Assembly: GCA_035540755.1 (NCBI GenBank)
Contig: DATLGD010000189.1
Span: forward strand, 1-63,621
DNA length: 63,621 nt
Direction: 5' to 3'
From: Mycobacteriales bacterium
GTDB taxonomy: Bacteria > Actinomycetota > Actinomycetes > Mycobacteriales > SCTD01
The notes below the pieces were generated by a model. The model did no database searches. It was not told where the DNA came from and saw only the letters and a list, made by a program, of their open reading frames with translations. Shown one piece after another: positions 28,719 to 39,932 of the stretch. Position numbers and translations under genes: made by a program. The stretch's first letter is position 1. Each line of letters begins with the position of its first letter.

Positions 28719-29729
28719 CTATCCGCCCAGGTACGACATCTCGGCCCGCGGCAGGTCGACCGCACCGCTGCTGCGCAGCTCGCTGTACCGGTCGTCGCGC
28801 CCCGCCCAGCGACCGGCGACGGCGGCCCGCAGCGCGTCGTCGTCGACGCCCGAGCGCAGCACCGCGCGCAGGTCGGTGCCGGTCGCGGCGAACAGGCACG
28901 TGAACAGCTCGCCCACCGCCGTCACGCGGGCCCTCGTGCAGGTGCCGCAGAACGGCGACGTCACCGACGAGATGACGCCGACCTCGCCCGTGCCGTCGAG
29001 GTAGCGCCACCGCTCCGCCGTCGCGCCGCTGACGTCGTCGATCGGCTCGACCGGGTGCACTGCGGTGATGCGCTCGACCACCTCGGCCGACGGCACGGTG
29101 TCCTGCGACCGCCAGCCGTTGGTGGTGCCGACGTCCATGTACTCGATGAAGCGCAGCACGTGACCGCCGGCGCGGGCGAACTCGACGAGGTCGAGCAGCC
29201 CGTCGTCGTTCACGCCGCGCTTGAGCACCGCGTTCAGCTTCACCGGCCCCAGCCCGACGTCGTGCGCCGCCGCGATCCCGTCGAGGACGCGGGCGAGCGG
29301 CACCTTGCTGTCCGCCAACCGGGCGAACACCTGCGGGTCGAGGCTGTCCAATGACACCGTGACGCGCGAGAGCCCGGCGTCCTTGAGCGCCCGGGCGCGG
29401 GCGGCGAGCAGCGAGCCGTTGGTCGTCAGCGCGACGTCGGTGACGCCCGGGGTGCCGGCGACCATCTCTACGAGCACCTCGAGGTCGCGGCGCAGCAGCG
29501 GCTCGCCGCCGGTGAGCCGGACCTTCGTCACGCCCAGCTCGGCGAACACCCGCACCAGCCGCGCGATCTCCTCGAACGACAGGATCTCGTCCCGCGGCAG
29601 GAAGGCGTGGTCGGCGCCGAAGACCTCGCGCGGCATGCAGTACGGGCAGCGGAAGTTGCAGCGGTCGGTCACCGAGATCCGCAGGTCGCGCAGGGCTCGG
29701 CCACGGACGTCGAGGGCCGGCGCGGTCAT
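28719..29729 (-). CDS. moaA: GTP 3',8-cyclase (molybdenum cofactor biosynthesis protein A)
   Basis: Radical-SAM motif [12 protein letters not shown], plus LTGGEPLLR and the C-terminal [21 protein letters not shown]...YLGG. Confidence 0.95.
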   Translation of the reverse strand: MTAPALDVRGRALRDLRISVTDRCNFRCPYCMPREVFGADHAFLPRDEILSFEEIARLVRVFAELGVTKVRLTGGEPLLRRDLEVLVEMVAGTPGVTDVALTTNGSLLAARARALKDAGLSRVTVSLDSLDPQVFARLADSKVPLARVLDGIAAAHDVGLGPVKLNAVLKRGVNDDGLLDLVEFARAGGHVLRFIEYMDVGTTNGWRSQDTVPSAEVVERITAVHPVEPIDDVSGATAERWRYLDGTGEVGVISSVTSPFCGTCTRARVTAVGELFTCLFAATGTDLRAVLRSGVDDDALRAAVAGRWAGRDDRYSELRSSGAVDLPRAEMSYLGG

Positions 29730-29852
29730 GGACGAAGGGTAGGGCGACCTCGCCGCGGCGTCGCATTGCGCATCGGGCGCCCGGGTGATTGTCTCCCGCT
29801 GTGGCTCAGGTCACACCGGCATCCCAGCCCTGCAACTCGTGGAGGAGCGCCC

Positions 29853-30377
29853 ATGGCCAAGGTCTCGATGAAGGTCGACGGAGTCGTCTACGAGGACGAG
29901 GTGCCACCCCGGCGCCTGCTCGTCCACCACCTGCGCGACGGGCTCGGGCGGGTCGGGACGCCGGTCGGCTGCGACACGTCCAACTGCGGCTCGTGCACGC
30001 TGCTCGTCGACGGCGACAGCGTGAAGAGCTGCTCCGTGCTCGCCGTGCAGGCCGACGGCGCCGAGATCACGACCATCCAGGGCCTGGCCGACGACGGGAA
30101 GTGGCACCCGGTGCAGAAGGCCTTCCAGCAGCATCACGGCCTGCAGTGCGGCTACTGCACACCCGGCATGATCATGGCGACGGTCGACCTGCTGAAGCAC
30201 AACCCGAGCCCCACCGAGGAGGAGGTGCGGCACGGCCTGGAGGGCAACCTCTGCCGCTGCACCGGCTACCAGAACATCGTCAAGGCGGTGCTGTCGGCGG
30301 CGTCGGAGATGCGCGGCGACGGGCCGCTGCCGGGCTCGTTCGCCGACGCCCCGGAGACCGCAGGAGCGTCGGCATGA
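29853..30377 (+). CDS. coxS: (2Fe-2S)-binding small subunit of an aerobic CODH/xanthine dehydrogenase-family enzyme
   Basis: Sequences [11 protein letters not shown] and [10 protein letters not shown]...[12 protein letters not shown] are present. GGAGGAG lies upstream of ATG 29853. Confidence 0.9.
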   Translation: MAKVSMKVDGVVYEDEVPPRRLLVHHLRDGLGRVGTPVGCDTSNCGSCTLLVDGDSVKSCSVLAVQADGAEITTIQGLADDGKWHPVQKAFQQHHGLQCGYCTPGMIMATVDLLKHNPSPTEEEVRHGLEGNLCRCTGYQNIVKAVLSAASEMRGDGPLPGSFADAPETAGASA

Positions 30378-32902
30378 GCGACGCGACGGACATCGGCGTC
30401 AACCCCGGGGCATTCGCCGAGCGCATCGCCGAGGATCCAGACGCGATGTCCTCGCCGTACGCCGGTGGTGAGCTCGGCCGCGGGCGCCGTCGCAAGGAGG
30501 ACGCCAAGCTCCTCACCGGCCAGACCAACTGGACCGACAACATCACGCTGCCCGGCCTGCTGCACATGGCCGTGCTGCGCAGCCCGATGGCGCACGCGAA
30601 GGTGCTGTCGGTCGACGTCTCCGGTGCCCTGGAGATGCCCGGCGTTCTCGCCGCCTACAGCGGCGCCGACCTCGCCGAGGTGCAGGGCTCCCTGCCGTGC
30701 GCCTGGCCGGTGACGCCCGACATGGTCCATCCCGACCACCCGCCGCTGGCCGTCGACGAGGTCCGGCACGTCGGTGACGGCGTGGCCGTCGTGGTCGCGC
30801 GCGACCGCTACGCCGCGGTCGACGCCCTCGAGGCGATCGCGGTCGAGTATGAGCAGCTGCCCGCCGTCGTCGACATGGAGGAGGCGCTGGCCGACGGAGC
30901 GCCCCTGGTGCACGAGTCGGCCGGCACGAACCGGTGCTTCCTGTTCGACTTCCCCGGTGCGGGGGCCGACTACGACGAGACGGTGCAGGCAGCCGGCGAC
31001 GACGCCGTCGTGGTCAAGCGGCGGTTCGTCCAGCAGCGGCTGCTGCCCTCGGCGATGGAGCCGCGGGGCGTCGTCGTCGCGCCCATCGCGGCAGCCGACG
31101 AGTACACGGTGTACTCCTCCACGCAGGTGCCGCACATCCTGCGGGTCATGCTGGCGCTGACCACGAACATCCCCGAGCAGAAGATCCGCGTGATCGCGCC
31201 GGACGTGGGCGGCGGCTTCGGCAGCAAGCTCAACGTCTACGCCGAGGAGGTCCTCTGCCTGATCGTGGCCAAGAAGCTGGGCCGGCCCGTCAAGTGGACC
31301 GAGTCGCGCAGCGAGAACTACCAGGGAACCATCCACGGCCGCGACCAGATCCAGGACATCGAGATCGCGGCCCGACGGGACGGCACGCTGCTCGGGCTGA
31401 AGGTGCAGCTGCTGGCCGACATGGGCGCCTACCTGCAGCTGGTCACCCCCGGCATCCCGATCCTGGGCGCCTTCATGTTCCCGGCGATCTACAAGATGCA
31501 GGCCTACCGGTTCATCTGCACAGGGGTGTTCACCACCAAGACCCCCACGGACGCCTACCGCGGGGCGGGACGGCCCGAGGCCACCTACGCCATCGAGCGG
31601 ATCATGGACGAGCTCGCCGTCGAGCTCGGCCGCGACCCGATGGAGCTGCGCAAGCAGAACTGGATTCAGCACGAGGAGTTCCCCTACGACATGGTCGCCG
31701 GGCTGACGTACGACTCCGGCAACTACGAGGCGGCCACGGCGAAGGCCGAGCAGATGTTCGACCTGGCGGGCATGCGCGCAGAGCAGCAGCGACGTCGCGA
31801 GAGCAAGGACCCGGTCCAGCTGGGCATCGGCATCTCGACCTTCACCGAGATGTGCGGGCTCGCGCCCTCCCGGGTGCTCGGCTCGCTGTCCTACGGCGCC
31901 GGCGGGTGGGAGTCCGCCTCGGTCCGGATGCTGCCCACCGGGAAGGTGGAGGTCGTCTCCGGGGCGACGCCGCACGGGCAGGGCCACCACACGGCCTGGA
32001 GCCAGATCGCCGCCGACGCCCTGGGCGTTCCCTTCGACGACGTCGAGGTGATCACCGGTGACACCGACTCCAGTCCGAAGGGCATGGACACCTACGGCTC
32101 GCGCTCGCTGGTCGTCGGCGGCGTCGCGATCCACAAGGCGACCGGCAAGGTGCTCGAGAAGGCCAAGCGCATCGCCGCGCACCTGCTCGAGGCGGCCGAG
32201 GACGACGTCGAGTTCGACAAGGGCACGTTCACGGTCAAGGGCTCACCGGAGGCGAAGCTGACGATCCAGGAGGTGGCGCTCGCGACGTTCGCGGCGCACA
32301 ACCTCCCGGACGGCATGGAGCCGACGCTCGACAGCGACTACGTGTACGACCCGGAGAACTTCAGCTACCCGCACGGCACGCACCTGTGCGCCGTCGAGAT
32401 CGACACCGAGACGGGGTTCACGAGGATCCGCAAGTACGTCTGCGTCGACGACGTCGGCAAGATCGTCAACCCGGTCATCGTCGAGGGACAGGTGCACGGC
32501 GGCCTCGCGCAGGGCATCGGACAGGCCCTGTACGAGGAGGCCGTGTACGACGCCGAGGGCAACCTCACCACCGGCTCGCTGGTCGACTACCTCGTGCCGG
32601 CCGCGTCCGACCTGCCGCACTTCGAGACCGGGCGCACCGAGACCCCGGCCACCAGCAACCCGCTCGGCGTGAAGGGAGTCGGCGAGGCCGGCACCATCGC
32701 CTCGACCCCGGCGGTCATGAACGCGGTCGTCGACGCGCTGCGGCCGTTCGGGGTGAACGACATCCGGATGCCCGCGACGCCGGAACGGGTGTGGCGGGCC
32801 ATCCACGGCGACGGCACGGGCAGGGCCGCCGCCGGCACCGTCGCCTACGGCGGCGCGCAGACCGCCGCCACGTCCGGCTCCGCCGAAGGGAGCTCGCTGT
32901 GA
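30374..32902 (+). CDS. coxL: Molybdopterin-binding large subunit, form-II CoxL-like
   Basis: 842 aa with an ATGA overlap onto coxS. The active-site loop reads [12 protein letters not shown] (31553-31573), which is the form-II AYRGAGR signature and not the form-I AYXCSFR signature. Confidence 0.9.
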   Translation: MSDATDIGVNPGAFAERIAEDPDAMSSPYAGGELGRGRRRKEDAKLLTGQTNWTDNITLPGLLHMAVLRSPMAHAKVLSVDVSGALEMPGVLAAYSGADLAEVQGSLPCAWPVTPDMVHPDHPPLAVDEVRHVGDGVAVVVARDRYAAVDALEAIAVEYEQLPAVVDMEEALADGAPLVHESAGTNRCFLFDFPGAGADYDETVQAAGDDAVVVKRRFVQQRLLPSAMEPRGVVVAPIAAADEYTVYSSTQVPHILRVMLALTTNIPEQKIRVIAPDVGGGFGSKLNVYAEEVLCLIVAKKLGRPVKWTESRSENYQGTIHGRDQIQDIEIAARRDGTLLGLKVQLLADMGAYLQLVTPGIPILGAFMFPAIYKMQAYRFICTGVFTTKTPTDAYRGAGRPEATYAIERIMDELAVELGRDPMELRKQNWIQHEEFPYDMVAGLTYDSGNYEAATAKAEQMFDLAGMRAEQQRRRESKDPVQLGIGISTFTEMCGLAPSRVLGSLSYGAGGWESASVRMLPTGKVEVVSGATPHGQGHHTAWSQIAADALGVPFDDVEVITGDTDSSPKGMDTYGSRSLVVGGVAIHKATGKVLEKAKRIAAHLLEAAEDDVEFDKGTFTVKGSPEAKLTIQEVALATFAAHNLPDGMEPTLDSDYVYDPENFSYPHGTHLCAVEIDTETGFTRIRKYVCVDDVGKIVNPVIVEGQVHGGLAQGIGQALYEEAVYDAEGNLTTGSLVDYLVPAASDLPHFETGRTETPATSNPLGVKGVGEAGTIASTPAVMNAVVDALRPFGVNDIRMPATPERVWRAIHGDGTGRAAAGTVAYGGAQTAATSGSAEGSSL

Positions 32903-33756
32903 TCCCCGCCGAGTTCGACTACGTCGCCCCGACGTCCCTGGCCGACGCCGTCACGGCGCTGCGCGAGGCGGGCGAGGACGCGAAGGTCCTCGCCGGCGGG
33001 CAGAGCCTCATCCCGGTGCTGCGGCTGCGGCTGTCCTTCCCGACCGTGCTCGTCGACCTCGGCAGGGTCGACGAGCTGCGCGGCGTGCGGGACGACGGCG
33101 ACTCGCTGGTCATCGGCGCGATGACGCGGCACAGCGACGTCCTCGACGACCCGCTCGTGAAGCAGCACGCCGGCCTGCTGGTGGAGGCCACGGCCACGGT
33201 CGCCGACCCGGCGGTCCGTCACCGCGGCACCTTCGGCGGGGCCCTCGCCCACGCCGACCCGGCCGGCGACCTCGCCGCCGTCGCCCTGGCTCTGGATGCC
33301 GAGCTGGTGGCCGAGGGGCCGGGCGGTCGGCGCACCATCGCCGCGCGCGACTTCTTCGTCGACTACCTCGAGACGGCGCTGTCGCCCGACGAGATCCTCG
33401 CCGAGGTGCGCCTGCCCAAGCTCGACGGCGAGTGGGGCTACCGCTACGAGAAGTTCAACCGGGTGGCGCAGGCGTGGGCCATCGTGGGTGTCGCGGCCGC
33501 GGTCCGCAAGGACGGCGGCTCCATCGCCGAGGCACGGATCGGGCTGACCAACATGGGCTCGACGCCGGTGCGCGCCGCGTCGGTCGAGCAGGCGCTCGCC
33601 GGAGCGTCCGACCGGGCGGCGGTCCAGCAGGCGGCGCAGTCCGCGGCCGACGGCACCAGCCCGCCGTCGGACCTCGGGGCGCAGGCCGACTACCGGCAGC
33701 ACCTCGCCCGGGTGCTCACGGGCCGGGCCGTCACCGCGGCCGCGGGGCTGTCCTGA
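32899..33756 (+). CDS. coxM: FAD-binding medium subunit (CoxM-like)
   Basis: GTGA overlap. Sequences VLAGGQSLIPVLRLRL and HRGTFGGALAHADPAGD are present. Confidence 0.9.
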   Translation: MIPAEFDYVAPTSLADAVTALREAGEDAKVLAGGQSLIPVLRLRLSFPTVLVDLGRVDELRGVRDDGDSLVIGAMTRHSDVLDDPLVKQHAGLLVEATATVADPAVRHRGTFGGALAHADPAGDLAAVALALDAELVAEGPGGRRTIAARDFFVDYLETALSPDEILAEVRLPKLDGEWGYRYEKFNRVAQAWAIVGVAAAVRKDGGSIAEARIGLTNMGSTPVRAASVEQALAGASDRAAVQQAAQSAADGTSPPSDLGAQADYRQHLARVLTGRAVTAAAGLS

Positions 33757-33797
33757 CCGGACCGACCGGAGCCCGGCGGGGGCTGCTCCCCGAGGGG

Positions 33798-34697
33798 GTG
33801 CACGACCCCGCCGGGCTCGCCCGTCTGCTCGCTGACGCCGGGTACTTCGCCGACACCGGCGTGGCCACCGCGGCGTACCTCGCGCTCGCCCTGCCGCGGC
33901 CCTTGTTCCTCGAGGGGGAGGCGGGTGTCGGCAAGACGTCACTGGCGCACGCCCTCGCGCAGGTCGTCGGCGCCGAGCTGCTGCGGCTGCAGTGCTACGA
34001 GGGCATCGACGCCTCCCAGGCGCTCTACGACTGGGACTTCCCGCGCCAGCTGCTGCACCTGCGGGCGGCCGAGTCGGCCGGTGCCGCCGACGACCCGGAC
34101 CGGCTCGAGGCGGAGGTCTACAGCCGCCGGTTCCTGCTGGCCCGCCCGCTGCTCGCCGCCCTCGAGACCACGCCGTCGGTGCTGCTCGTCGACGAGGTCG
34201 ACCGCGCCGACGACGAGTTCGAGGCGTTCCTGCTCGAGGTGCTCAGCGACTACACCGTCACCGTCCCCGAGCTCGGCACGGTGCACGCCGACGTGCCGCC
34301 GGTCGTCGTCGTCACCAGCAACCGCACCCGCGAGGTGCACGACGCCCTCAAGCGCCGCTGCCTCTACCACTGGGTCGAGCACCCCGAGCTCGACCGCGAG
34401 GCGGCGATCGTGCGGGCGCGCGTGCCCGAGGCATCGGCCGAGCTGGCCGCGCAGGTCGCGCGCACCGTCGCGGTGCTGCGCGGGCAGGACCTGCTCAAGC
34501 CTCCCGGGGTGGCCGAGACCATCGACTGGACCCAGGCGCTGGTGGCGCTCGGCGCCGAGCGGCTCGACGCCGACGTCGCGACGGCGACCCTCGGCGCGGT
34601 GCTGAAGTACCGCGAGGATCAGCTGCACGCCACCCGCCTCGACGTGCAGCAGCAGCTGTCCGCCGCGATGTTCGGCGGGAGACTCGGCGGTGCCTGA
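33798..34697 (+). CDS. coxD: MoxR-type AAA+ ATPase (CoxD-like maturation factor)
   Basis: Walker A LEGEAGVGKTSLA and Walker B LLVDEVDRADDE are present. The start is uncertain; GTG 33798 after GAGGGG was chosen. Confidence 0.8.
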   Translation: MHDPAGLARLLADAGYFADTGVATAAYLALALPRPLFLEGEAGVGKTSLAHALAQVVGAELLRLQCYEGIDASQALYDWDFPRQLLHLRAAESAGAADDPDRLEAEVYSRRFLLARPLLAALETTPSVLLVDEVDRADDEFEAFLLEVLSDYTVTVPELGTVHADVPPVVVVTSNRTREVHDALKRRCLYHWVEHPELDREAAIVRARVPEASAELAAQVARTVAVLRGQDLLKPPGVAETIDWTQALVALGAERLDADVATATLGAVLKYREDQLHATRLDVQQQLSAAMFGGRLGGA

Positions 34698-35826
34698 CCT
34701 CCGGCCGTACGACGCCGTCGACAGCCTGGTGGGGCTGGCCGCGACGCTGCGCGCCGCCGGGGTGCGCGCCTCGACCGACCGGGTGCACGCCGCCGTGCAG
34801 GCGCTCACCGCGCTCGACCCGACCCGGCGCGACGACGTCTACTGGGCCGGTCGGCTGACGCTGTGCGGCACCGCCGACGAGCTCGCCCGGTACGACACGG
34901 TGTTCGCCGCCTACTTCGGCGACCGGCCCGGGCAGGTGGTCCGGCGGCAGCGGCTGTCCCGCTCGCAGCTGCAGCTAGTGGCCTCGCCGGACGCTCCTCC
35001 GGGCGAGGACGACGTCGACGCGCCGGAGGCCCGGCACGCGAGCGCCGCGGCCAGCAGCGTCGAGCAGCTGCGGCACCGCGACGTCAGCGCCCTGACCAGT
35101 GCCGAGAAGGAGCAGCTGCGCGCGCTGCTCGCGGCGATGCGGCTGCCGGGGGAGCGGCGTCCCACCCGGCGGTTGCGGCCGTCGGCACGCGGCGCCGTCG
35201 ACGGTTCCCGCACGCTGCGCGCGTGGCTGGCCGCGGGCGGGGAGCCGGCCAGGCTGCGCCACCGCGCGCCCTCGCACCGGCACCGGCGGGTCGTGCTGCT
35301 GGTCGACGTGAGCGGGTCGATGGACTCCTACGCCGACGCGCTGCTGCGCTTCGCCCACGCGGCGTCGCGGCGGGTCGCCGCTCCGACCGAGGTGTTCGCG
35401 CTCGGCACCCGCCTGACCCGGCTGACCCGCGAGCTGGCCCAGCGCGACCCGGACGCCGCGATGGCCGCGGTCGCTCTGGCGCTGCCGGACGCCGGCGGAG
35501 GCACGCGGCTCGGCGAGCTGGTCAAGCAGTTCCTCGACCAGTGGGGGCAGCGCGGCACGGCGCGCGGGGCCATCGTCGTCGTCCTGTCCGACGGCTGGGA
35601 GCGCGGCGACCCGGCGCTGCTCGGCGAGCAGATGGCCCGGCTCCAGCGGCTCGCGCACCGGGTGGTGTGGGCCAACCCGCGCAAGGCGGCGCCGGGCTTC
35701 GCGCCGCTTGCCGGCGGGATGGCGGCCTCGCTGCCCCACGTCGACGACTTCGTCGAGGGGCACAGCCTCGCGGCGCTCGAGCACCTCGCCGCCGTCGTGC
35801 TGGGCAGGGAGCGCGCCCGTGCGTGA
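34690..35826 (+). CDS. coxE: VWA-domain protein (CoxE-like)
   Basis: MIDAS-type motif LLVDVSGSMDSY, plus VVLSDGWERGDP. The gene overlaps coxD by 8 nt. Confidence 0.85.
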   Translation: MPDLRPYDAVDSLVGLAATLRAAGVRASTDRVHAAVQALTALDPTRRDDVYWAGRLTLCGTADELARYDTVFAAYFGDRPGQVVRRQRLSRSQLQLVASPDAPPGEDDVDAPEARHASAAASSVEQLRHRDVSALTSAEKEQLRALLAAMRLPGERRPTRRLRPSARGAVDGSRTLRAWLAAGGEPARLRHRAPSHRHRRVVLLVDVSGSMDSYADALLRFAHAASRRVAAPTEVFALGTRLTRLTRELAQRDPDAAMAAVALALPDAGGGTRLGELVKQFLDQWGQRGTARGAIVVVLSDGWERGDPALLGEQMARLQRLAHRVVWANPRKAAPGFAPLAGGMAASLPHVDDFVEGHSLAALEHLAAVVLGRERARA

Positions 35827-36937
35827 CATCGCCGGCGACCTGCGCACGCTGCTGGCCGCGGGGGAGCCGTTCGCGCTCGCCACCGTCATCGGGGCGAGGG
35901 GCAGCTCTCCCCGACCGGTGGGCGCGGCCATGGCCGTGGCCGCGGGCGGGGAGGCCGTCGGCAGCATCTCCGGGGGCTGCGTCGAGGGCGCGGTCTACGT
36001 CACCGCCGAGCAGGTGCTCGCCGGCGACGGACCGGTGGTCGAGAGCTACGGCTACAGCGACGACGACGCCTTCGCCGTCGGGCTGACCTGCGGCGGTGAG
36101 CTGGAGGTGCTGGTCGCCCCGGCCGACCGGGACGTCGTCGCCGCGTGGGTCGACGCCGTGCAGGCGGAGGCGCCGGTCGCGCTCGCCACCGTCGTCGGCG
36201 GCCCGGCGCCGCTCGGGGGGCAGCTGCTCGTCGGTCCGGGCTCCGCGGTGGGCACTCTGGGCACGGAGGGGCTCGACGTGGCCGTCACCGACGACGCGCG
36301 GGGCATGCTGGCCGCCGGGCAGACCGGCGACCGCCACTACGGGCCGCGCGGGCAGCGGCGCATCGACGACGTCACCGTGTTCGTGCAGTCGTTCACCCCG
36401 CCGCCGCGGATGCTCGTCTTCGGGGCCACCGACTTCGCCGCGGCCGTCAGCCGGATCGGGGTGTTCCTCGGCTATCGGGTGACGGTGTGCGACGCGCGCC
36501 CGGTCTTCGCGACCGCCCGCCGCTTCCCGGAAGCGCACGAGGTGGTCTGCGAGTGGCCCCACCGGTACCTCGGAGCGACAGCCACCGACGCCCGGACGGT
36601 CGTGTGCGTGCTCACCCACGACCCCAAGTTCGACGTCCCGCTGCTGGAGGTGGCGCTGCGCCGGCCGGCGGCCTACATCGGTGCGATGGGCAGCCGCCGG
36701 ACGCACGAGGACCGGCTGCGCCGCCTGCGCGAGGTCGGCCTGACCGACGACGAGCTCGCGCGGCTGCACTCGCCGATCGGGCTCGACCTGGGAGCGCGCA
36801 CCGCCGAGGAGACCGCCGTGTCCATCGCGGCCGAGATCGTGCAGGCGCGCTGGGGCGGCAGCGGCCGCCCGCTGACCGAGACCTCGGGCGCGATCCACGA
36901 CGACGCCGCCGTGCCGCACAGCCACGTGTCCCCGTGA
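35819..36937 (+). CDS. XdhC/CoxI-family molybdoenzyme maturation protein
   Basis: Sequences GSSPRPVGAAMAV...GSISGGCVEGAV and FGATDFAAAVSRIG...YIGAMGSRRTHE are present. GTG 35819 overlaps the coxE end. Confidence 0.85.
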   Translation: MRDIAGDLRTLLAAGEPFALATVIGARGSSPRPVGAAMAVAAGGEAVGSISGGCVEGAVYVTAEQVLAGDGPVVESYGYSDDDAFAVGLTCGGELEVLVAPADRDVVAAWVDAVQAEAPVALATVVGGPAPLGGQLLVGPGSAVGTLGTEGLDVAVTDDARGMLAAGQTGDRHYGPRGQRRIDDVTVFVQSFTPPPRMLVFGATDFAAAVSRIGVFLGYRVTVCDARPVFATARRFPEAHEVVCEWPHRYLGATATDARTVVCVLTHDPKFDVPLLEVALRRPAAYIGAMGSRRTHEDRLRRLREVGLTDDELARLHSPIGLDLGARTAEETAVSIAAEIVQARWGGSGRPLTETSGAIHDDAAVPHSHVSP

Positions 36938-37545
36938 CCGACTCCGTGGCCGGCCTGCTGCTCGCCGCCGGCGCCGGTCGCCGCCTCGGCGGCCCCAAGG
37001 CGCTGCTCGAGGTCGACGGCGAGCCCCTCGTCCGCCGGGGCATCCGCCTGCTGCACGACGGCGGCTGCGCACCGGTCGTCGTGGTGGTGGGCGCCTCGGC
37101 CGAGCGCGTGCGTGCGCTGTGCGGCGGCGCCGACGTCGTCGAGGCGCCCGACTGGGACACCGGCATGGGTGCCTCCCTGCGGACCGGCCTCGCCGCGCTG
37201 CCGGGCGCGGTGCGCGCGGTGGTCGTCGCCCTCGTCGACCAGCCGCTCGTCACCGCGGCGGCGGTCGCGCGCCTGCGCGCCGCGCACGCCGATGGAGCGG
37301 TCGCGGCGGTCGCCGCCTACGGCGGCCGGCCACGCAACCCGGTGCTGCTCGACCGGGCGGCGTGGGACGGTGTCCGGACGTCCGCCGTCGGCGACGAGGG
37401 GGCGCGCGGCTGGCTGCGCGCGCACTCCGAGCTCGTGGTGCAGGTCGACTGCACCGACGTCGGCGCGCCGGACGACCTCGACACGCCCGACGACCTGGCC
37501 GCCCTGACCGCCCTGACCGCCCGCCGAAGTGGAGCCCCGCGATGA
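36934..37545 (+). CDS. mocA: MobA-like NTP transferase (molybdenum cofactor cytidylyltransferase-like)
   Basis: The N-terminus is GLLLAAGAGRRLGGPKALL, with LVDQP further on. GTGA overlap. Confidence 0.75.
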   Translation: MTDSVAGLLLAAGAGRRLGGPKALLEVDGEPLVRRGIRLLHDGGCAPVVVVVGASAERVRALCGGADVVEAPDWDTGMGASLRTGLAALPGAVRAVVVALVDQPLVTAAAVARLRAAHADGAVAAVAAYGGRPRNPVLLDRAAWDGVRTSAVGDEGARGWLRAHSELVVQVDCTDVGAPDDLDTPDDLAALTALTARRSGAPR

Positions 37546-38282
37546 AGCTCGAGAACCGGTTCACCGTCCCCGTGCCCGTCGACGAGGCGTGGCGGGTCCT
37601 GCTCGACGTCGAGCGGATCGCCCCGTGCATGCCCGGGGCGACCCTCACCAGCCGCGACGGCGACGCGTTCGAGGGCAAGGTGAAGGTCAAGGTCGGCCCG
37701 ATCAACCTCACCTACGGCGGCACCGCGCGCTTCGTGTCGAAGGACGAGACGAACCACGTCGCGGTCATCGACGGCAGCGGCAAGGAGACGCGCGGCACCG
37801 GCACGGCCAAGGCCCTCATCACCTGCCGCCTCCTCGACAAGGGCGCCACCACCGACGTCGAGGTCGACACCGACCTCAGCGTCACCGGCAAGCCCGCGCA
37901 GTTCGGCCGGGGGGTGCTCGCCGACGTGAGCGCGAAGCTGGTCGACCAGTTCGCCGCCTGCCTGTCCGAGGAGATCCGGGCGGGAACGCCGGCGGGCGAC
38001 CCGGCGGTCGAGCCGGTCTTCGCCGCCACGGCCGCCGACCTCGGGACGCCCGAGGCGCTCGCGGAGCCCGCTGTCGGGATGTCGGCCGAGGGATCGCTCG
38101 GCGGACCGGACGGAGGCGCCGGTGGTGCCGCCCCGCAGCCGCCCGCACCGCGGCCGGCACGGCAGTCGGCCGACGCGATCGACCTGCTCGACGCCGCCGG
38201 CGCCCCGGTGCTCAAGCGCCTCGCACCGGTACTGGCCGCCCTGGTCGTGCTGCTGCTCGTGCTGCGCCGCCGCCGCGGCTAG
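37542..38282 (+). CDS. coxG: CoxG-like SRPBCC protein with C-terminal hydrophobic anchor
   Basis: The N-terminus reads [33 protein letters not shown]...[13 protein letters not shown]. The C-terminus [20 protein letters not shown] looks like a TM anchor. ATGA overlap. Confidence 0.85.
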   Translation: MKLENRFTVPVPVDEAWRVLLDVERIAPCMPGATLTSRDGDAFEGKVKVKVGPINLTYGGTARFVSKDETNHVAVIDGSGKETRGTGTAKALITCRLLDKGATTDVEVDTDLSVTGKPAQFGRGVLADVSAKLVDQFAACLSEEIRAGTPAGDPAVEPVFAATAADLGTPEALAEPAVGMSAEGSLGGPDGGAGGAAPQPPAPRPARQSADAIDLLDAAGAPVLKRLAPVLAALVVLLLVLRRRRG

Positions 38283-38767
38283 ACCTCTGGCCGCCGACCG
38301 CCGCGTGCCGCCGCTTCGGTGCTGGTGAACGCCAGGTCGGGCAGCTCGTGCTCGGCGAAGAACGCCGCCTCCTGCGCGTCGTCCCCCGCCTCGAGCCGGC
38401 CACCGGTGATCCGCGCCTCGAAGGCGAGAAAGAACGACGCGCCGCCGCCCGTGCCTGCCCCGGCGTACACGTCGACGACGGCGCCCACCTCGACGACGAG
38501 GCCGGTCTCCTCGAGCACCTCCCGTGCGGCCGCCGCCCGCGGGTCCTCGTCGGCGTCGACGAAGCCGGCCGGCAGCGCCCAGCGCCCGCGCTGCGGGTCG
38601 ACGCCGCGGCGCACCAGCAGGAGCCGGCCCTCGCCGTCGTGCACGACCGCGCCGACGCCGACCTTCGGGTCCCGGTAGGCGGTGGCGCCGCAGGCCGTGC
38701 AGACGGGGTGCGGCTGCTCGCTGCCGAGGGGTCCCCCGCAGCCGGCACAGAACCGCGGCACGAGCAT
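38279..38767 (-). CDS. NUDIX hydrolase with N-terminal zinc-ribbon
   Basis: CAGCGGPL...CTACG, plus the Nudix box [23 protein letters not shown]. Confidence 0.85.
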   Translation of the reverse strand: MLVPRFCAGCGGPLGSEQPHPVCTACGATAYRDPKVGVGAVVHDGEGRLLLVRRGVDPQRGRWALPAGFVDADEDPRAAAAREVLEETGLVVEVGAVVDVYAGAGTGGGASFFLAFEARITGGRLEAGDDAQEAAFFAEHELPDLAFTSTEAAARGGRRPEV

Positions 38768-38909
38768 CCGGGAAAACTAGCGCGACCCCGACCCCACGCC
38801 GAGCCGGCGCGCAGACGGGCTGTCGACCGTTGAGGTCCGGCGGTCATCGGAGTCCTGCGAGTGGCGCGCTGCACAGGCGGGCGGCGCCCTCAGCGGGCAC
38901 ATTGCAGGG

Positions 38910-39932
38910 GTGACCCTGACGATGCCTGCCCCCGTCATGCCCGCCTCCGGTACGTCCTGCCCCCTTCCCGCGCCGCGGGGCCCGTTGAGCGAGCGCCTGC
39001 TCGCCGTGCTCCGTGGCGAGGCGCCGCCCGTCGGCCTGTCCTCCGCGCCCGTGGTGGGCAGCGACCCGTTCGGCGAGGACCTCCAGCTCTGCCTGTACCT
39101 GGCCTACGAGCTCCACTACCGCGCGATCGACGGCGTCGACGACGCGCTCGAGTGGGACCCGGACGTGCTCCGCTTCCGCAGCGCGCTCGAGCGGTCCTTC
39201 CTGCACGCGCTGCGCGAGGTCGCCGGGGCGCAGGACGAGGACGTCGAGGGCGTGCTCGCTCCGCTGCTCGTGGAGCCGGTGGGCGGCACCGGGCCCTCGT
39301 GGCACCTGTCCGGTGCCGGGGAGCTGTGGCAGCTGCGCGAGTACGCCGCGCACCGCTCGATCTACCACCTCAAGGAGGCCGACCCGCAGGCATGGGTGGT
39401 GCCGCGCCTGGAGGGTCAGGCGAAGGCGTCGCTGGTCACTGTGCAGCACGACGAGTACGGCGCCGGCCGGGCCGACCGGATGCACGCGGCGATGTTCGCC
39501 CGGCTGCTGCGCGACCTCGACCTCGACCACCGCTACGGCGCCTACCTCGACCTCGTGCCCGCCGTGACGCTGGCTCCGGTGAACCTCATGTCGATGGCCG
39601 GGCTGCACCGGGCGCTGCGCGGCGTCGCCTTCGCCCACTTCGTCATGATCGAGGTGACCTCGTCGCCTGGCTCCCGCCGGATCTCGCAGGCCTTCGAGCG
39701 GCTGGGTGCCGGGCCGGGCGGTCAGGCGTTCTACGACGAGCACGTCGAGGCCGACGCCGTGCACGAGCAGCTGCTGCGGGCGGGGCTGCGCGACCTGGTC
39801 GACCGCGAGCCCGGCCTCGCCGCCGACGTGGTCCTCGGCCTGCGCGCGTCGTCAGCGCTCGAGCAGCGGTTCGGTGACCACCTGCTCGACTGCTGGGACG
39901 CGGGGCGCAGCTCGCTGCGGGCGGGCCTCTAG
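38910..39932 (+). CDS. Heme-oxygenase-like fold, iron-containing redox enzyme family protein
   Basis: All-helical 340-aa protein with carboxylate/His pairs spaced as in PF14518-type proteins (LAYELHY, VQHDEYGAGRADRMH, FVMIEVTS, YDEHVEADAVHEQ). The family assignment is from memory only. Confidence 0.55.
   Translation: MTLTMPAPVMPASGTSCPLPAPRGPLSERLLAVLRGEAPPVGLSSAPVVGSDPFGEDLQLCLYLAYELHYRAIDGVDDALEWDPDVLRFRSALERSFLHALREVAGAQDEDVEGVLAPLLVEPVGGTGPSWHLSGAGELWQLREYAAHRSIYHLKEADPQAWVVPRLEGQAKASLVTVQHDEYGAGRADRMHAAMFARLLRDLDLDHRYGAYLDLVPAVTLAPVNLMSMAGLHRALRGVAFAHFVMIEVTSSPGSRRISQAFERLGAGPGGQAFYDEHVEADAVHEQLLRAGLRDLVDREPGLAADVVLGLRASSALEQRFGDHLLDCWDAGRSSLRAGL

Noticed and set aside
29730-29852. Possible Moco riboswitch between moaA and coxS, and possible cobalamin riboswitch upstream of icmA (40772-40859)
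   Set aside because: I could not identify the conserved cores of either RNA by eye, and the icmA leader (88 nt) is too short for a cobalamin element. An Rfam/Infernal scan is needed to decide.
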